Shown piece by piece: positions 60,653 to 64,000 of a DNA stretch of 64,000 bases (the first letter of the stretch is position 1; each line of letters starts with the position of its first letter). Both the position numbers and the translations under genes were made by a program. The stretch lies in NCBI GenBank assembly GCA_051294375.1, contig CM119266.1:27229596-27293595 (forward strand), written 5' to 3'. This DNA comes from Paraspadella gotoi. Its lineage: Eukaryota > Animalia > Chaetognatha. The notes under the pieces are model-generated. The model was not told where the DNA came from and made no database searches. It saw only the letters and a list, made by a program, of their open reading frames with translations.

Positions 60653-60931
60653 CTTTCTGTCTCTTGCTCTTCTATCTTTCTTTCTTCTCCTTCCTTCACT
60701 TATACACCTTCAGGTATAGTAGACTCTTTCAGCTTTCCCTGTCCTTTGATGAGGTTAGACGACATTATTTATGGAGACGAAGATCTCGATTTAAAAAAGA
60801 TTCAACATTTTTCTAATAGAGAGTTCCGTTCAAATCTGACAACCAAATTGCAAACGCGATTGCTCAAAAATCCGGGTAGAAATCAGTTATAGAACGCAGG
60901 ATTCGTAGCTGTTAACATCTGAAGAGCTTGT

Positions 60932-63497
60932 CCTATCTTTTTTCACATTCTGATGAAGGATTTGATATCAAACAAGCCAGGGGAAATGCACTCCTCATCT
61001 TCAGAGAATTTTCAAACCTCATTTTATACTATAGAAATGAACGGGAAAGGTTTAAAAACTAAAAATTGCAACGGGATTTGCTATATGTTCCTGTTACATG
61101 AGCGACTTTGAATTTCGCGATTCTGATAGCTTTGTGTCTGAAGGCTTTGTCTATTTTTTCCTTTTTTTCATTTTATAATGATTTTGACATAAAAATGATT
61201 CAGGTTTAAATGAAATAGTCCGATTTGAATTGCGAAATTTTTATTTAAAAAGAAATTAAAAGGAAAGGTTGAGAAAAAACTTGATTTTTCCTAATTCTTT
61301 TGAAGGAATAAAGATAAGGGATGGCAATAGTACCAAAATGAAGCCATAATCATAGGGCACATACAAGATACAACTTTAGATTACTTATGCTCTGAAACGC
61401 CTCCTTACAGGTGATGTGTCAAACTAGGTCAAATTATATGAATTTAAAAACTAATGAACCCCATAAAATAAATGAAAAATTTAAATTCTTTTTTAATGAT
61501 TCTGAAAGAAAATAAGGCTAATTGTACTCTAGTAAAACTTTAAAGTTATTTGTATAAAAAAAAAAATGTGAATTTTTGTCACTTTGTCTGATTTTACAGA
61601 GCTGCTTACAAATTCTACAAATATTATTACTTTACCCCATCACAGCCAAGTATTTATCCTTCTTTTCCACAGCATAAAGTAAACATTATCTTATTGAAGA
61701 GAACAGGGATGTTTACTGAAAGGAGCCGGAAGACATTCAACTTCTTCACTTTGATGTTATTATTTTCAATAATAAAATAAGCGAATTTTTTAATTATTTA
61801 ATTCCACAGGTTCATAAGATATTACACTCTTTCATAACTCCAATGTTAATGTAATTTATTATATTTTTTACCCAGAAAAATCATAAGAAATAACACAGAA
61901 AGTTGTGGATCCCTTCGCTCGTTTAAGAAAAAAAAAATAACTAAGCGGAATTATAAGTTTGTAAGAGGAATCAGAATTGGCGAAAATCTTTAAAGGCGAG
62001 AATGTTGAAAAAGGGAGAGGAGAATTTTGGTTTTTTTGGTCGATTTTCTTCTAAACCCATGGGCCAATTTAGACGTAACTTAAGATTAACATTATTCCAG
62101 TCATTTCTCTATCCAAAACTATAAATATATTATTGAAAAAAGTTTGGATCGACTATAGGAATTTGTGTTCTCTTTAATGTTTTTTAAAAAAAACATAAAG
62201 CAATNNNNNNNNNNNNNNNNNNNNNNNNNCCTATTCATTTTTTCACATTTGATGAAGGATTTGATATCAAACAAGCCAGGGGAAATGCACTCCTCATCTT
62301 CAGAGAATTTTCAAACCTCATTTTACTCTATAGAAATGAACGGGGAAGTTTAAAACTAAAATTGCAACGGGATTTGCTATATGTTCTGTTACATGAGCGA
62401 CTTTGAATTTCGCGATTCTGATAGCTTTGTGTCTGAAGAGCTTTGTCCTATTTTTTTTTTTTTCATTTTATAATGATTTTTGAAATAAAAATGATCAGGT
62501 TTAAATGAAATAGTCCGATTTGAATTGCGAAATTTTTATTTTAAAGAAATTAAAAGGAAGGTTGAAGAAAAAACTGTATTTCCTAATATCTTTTGAAGGA
62601 ATAAAGATTACGGATTGCAATAGTACAAAATGAAGCCTAAATCATAGGGCACATACAAGATACAACTGTTAGATTACTTATGCCTGAAACCCTCCTTACA
62701 GGGTGAGTGTTCAAACTAGGTCAAATTATAATGAATTTTAAAACTAATGAACCCCCATAAGAATAAATGAAAATTATATTCTTTTTTAATGATTCTGAAA
62801 GAAAATAAGGCTAATTGTACTCTAGTAAAACTTTAAAGTTATTTGTATAAAAAAATGTGAATTGTTTTTGTCACTTTGTCTGATTTTACAAGCATGCTTA
62901 CAAAATTCTACAAAATATTATTTACCCCATTACAGCCAAAGTATTTATCCTTCTTTTCCACCAGCATTTAGTAAACATTATCTTATTGAAGAGAACAGGG
63001 ATGTTTACTGAAAGGAGCCGGAAGAATTCAACTTCTTCACTTTGATGTTATTTTTTCAATTAATAAATAGCGAATTTTTATATTAATTTAATTCTCACAG
63101 GGTCATAAGATATTACACTCTTTCATATAGCCCAATGTTAATGTAATTTATTTATATTTTTTACCCGAGAAAACATTAAATATAACCAGAAAGTTGTGGA
63201 TTCCCTTCGCTCGTTTAAGAAAAAAAAAATTAATAGCGGAATTATAAGTTTGTAAGAGGAAGTCAGAATTGGCGAAAATCTTTAAAGGCGAGAATGTTGA
63301 AAAAGGGAGAGGAATTTTTGTTGTTTTTTGGTCGATTCTCTTCTAAACCCATCAGTGGCCAATTTAGACGTAACTTAAGATTTACCTTATTCAGTCATTT
63401 CTCTATCCAAAACTTATAATATATATTATTGAAAAAAGGTTTGGATCGACTATAGGAATTTGGTTCTATCTTTATGTTTTTTTAAAAAAAACAATAA
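60932..63497. repeat. ~1.27-kb tandem duplication across a 25-N gap (60932-62204 vs 62230-63497), likely assembly artefact
   Basis: Collinear copies differing by scattered indels on either side of the gap. Confidence 0.85.
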
Positions 63498-63726
63498 AAA
63501 AAAAAACAACTTCGAAAATACGAAGTTCTAACTGAAAACAATTGCCGTGTGTGTTAGTTTTTTCCGTATCGTTTGTTGCTTTTGTGCCAAAGTTAGCCAT
63601 TCTTTCTCGTCTCTCGTCTGCTCTCCTCTCGTCTCTTCTCTCTCTCTTGCTCCTATCTCCTTTCTCTCTATCTCTCTTCTCTCAGCTGCTCGTCGTCCTC
63701 CGTTTTCATTCGATCTCTCTCGTGTT

Positions 63727-63963
63727 ACAAGCTCTTCAGATGTAACGCTATCGGAATCCTGCGTTTCTATAACTGATTTCTACCCGGATTTTGAGCAATC
63801 GCGTTTGCAATTTGGGTTGTCAGATTTGAACGGAACTCTCTATTAGAAAAATGTTGAATCTTTTTTAAATCGAGATTCTCGTCTCCATAAATAATGTCGT
63901 CTAACCTCATCAAAGACAGGGAAAGCTGAAAGAGTCTACTATACCTGAAGGTGATTTAGAGTG

Positions 63964-64000
<37 letters not shown>
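63727..64000 (-). repeat. Inverted copy of ~60620-60931
   Basis: ACAAGCTCTTCAGATG...ATACCTGAAGGTG...(GAAA)n is the reverse complement of (TTTC)n...CACCTTCAGGTAT...CATCTGAAGAGCTTGT. Confidence 0.9.

Overview
Repeat-rich, AT-rich eukaryotic DNA, probably from an invertebrate, from a noisy long-read-patched assembly. It has three 25-N gaps, two of which are flanked by near-identical duplications. Almost all listed ORFs are microsatellite or low-complexity artefacts. The main signal is RNA structure. About 20 dispersed short repeats fall into four sequence families (called A-D here), each containing a circularly permuted (type-P5) twister self-cleaving ribozyme. The four families co-vary in both pseudoknots and in P2, P4 and P5, and three have a tiny palindromic P1. 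Family B is fused to a tRNA-Gly-like module. Overlapping copies suggest a composite twisterA-spacer-tRNA-twisterB element that could excise a ~435-nt circularisable RNA. Other content: minimal Penelope-type hammerhead ribozymes (one in a TSD-flanked 130-bp insertion, one as a snap-back palindrome), a decayed Penelope-like RT, a LINE RT fragment, a Tc1 deletion derivative and a polymorphic TTAA-targeting DNA transposon. There is also a 6.7-kb G-rich higher-order satellite with inverted ends, and a three-exon gene, not assembled by the ORF track, for a secreted prepro-knottin (ICK, C-C-CC-C-C) peptide. All ribozyme calls come from manual motif and pairing inspection; activity is untested.
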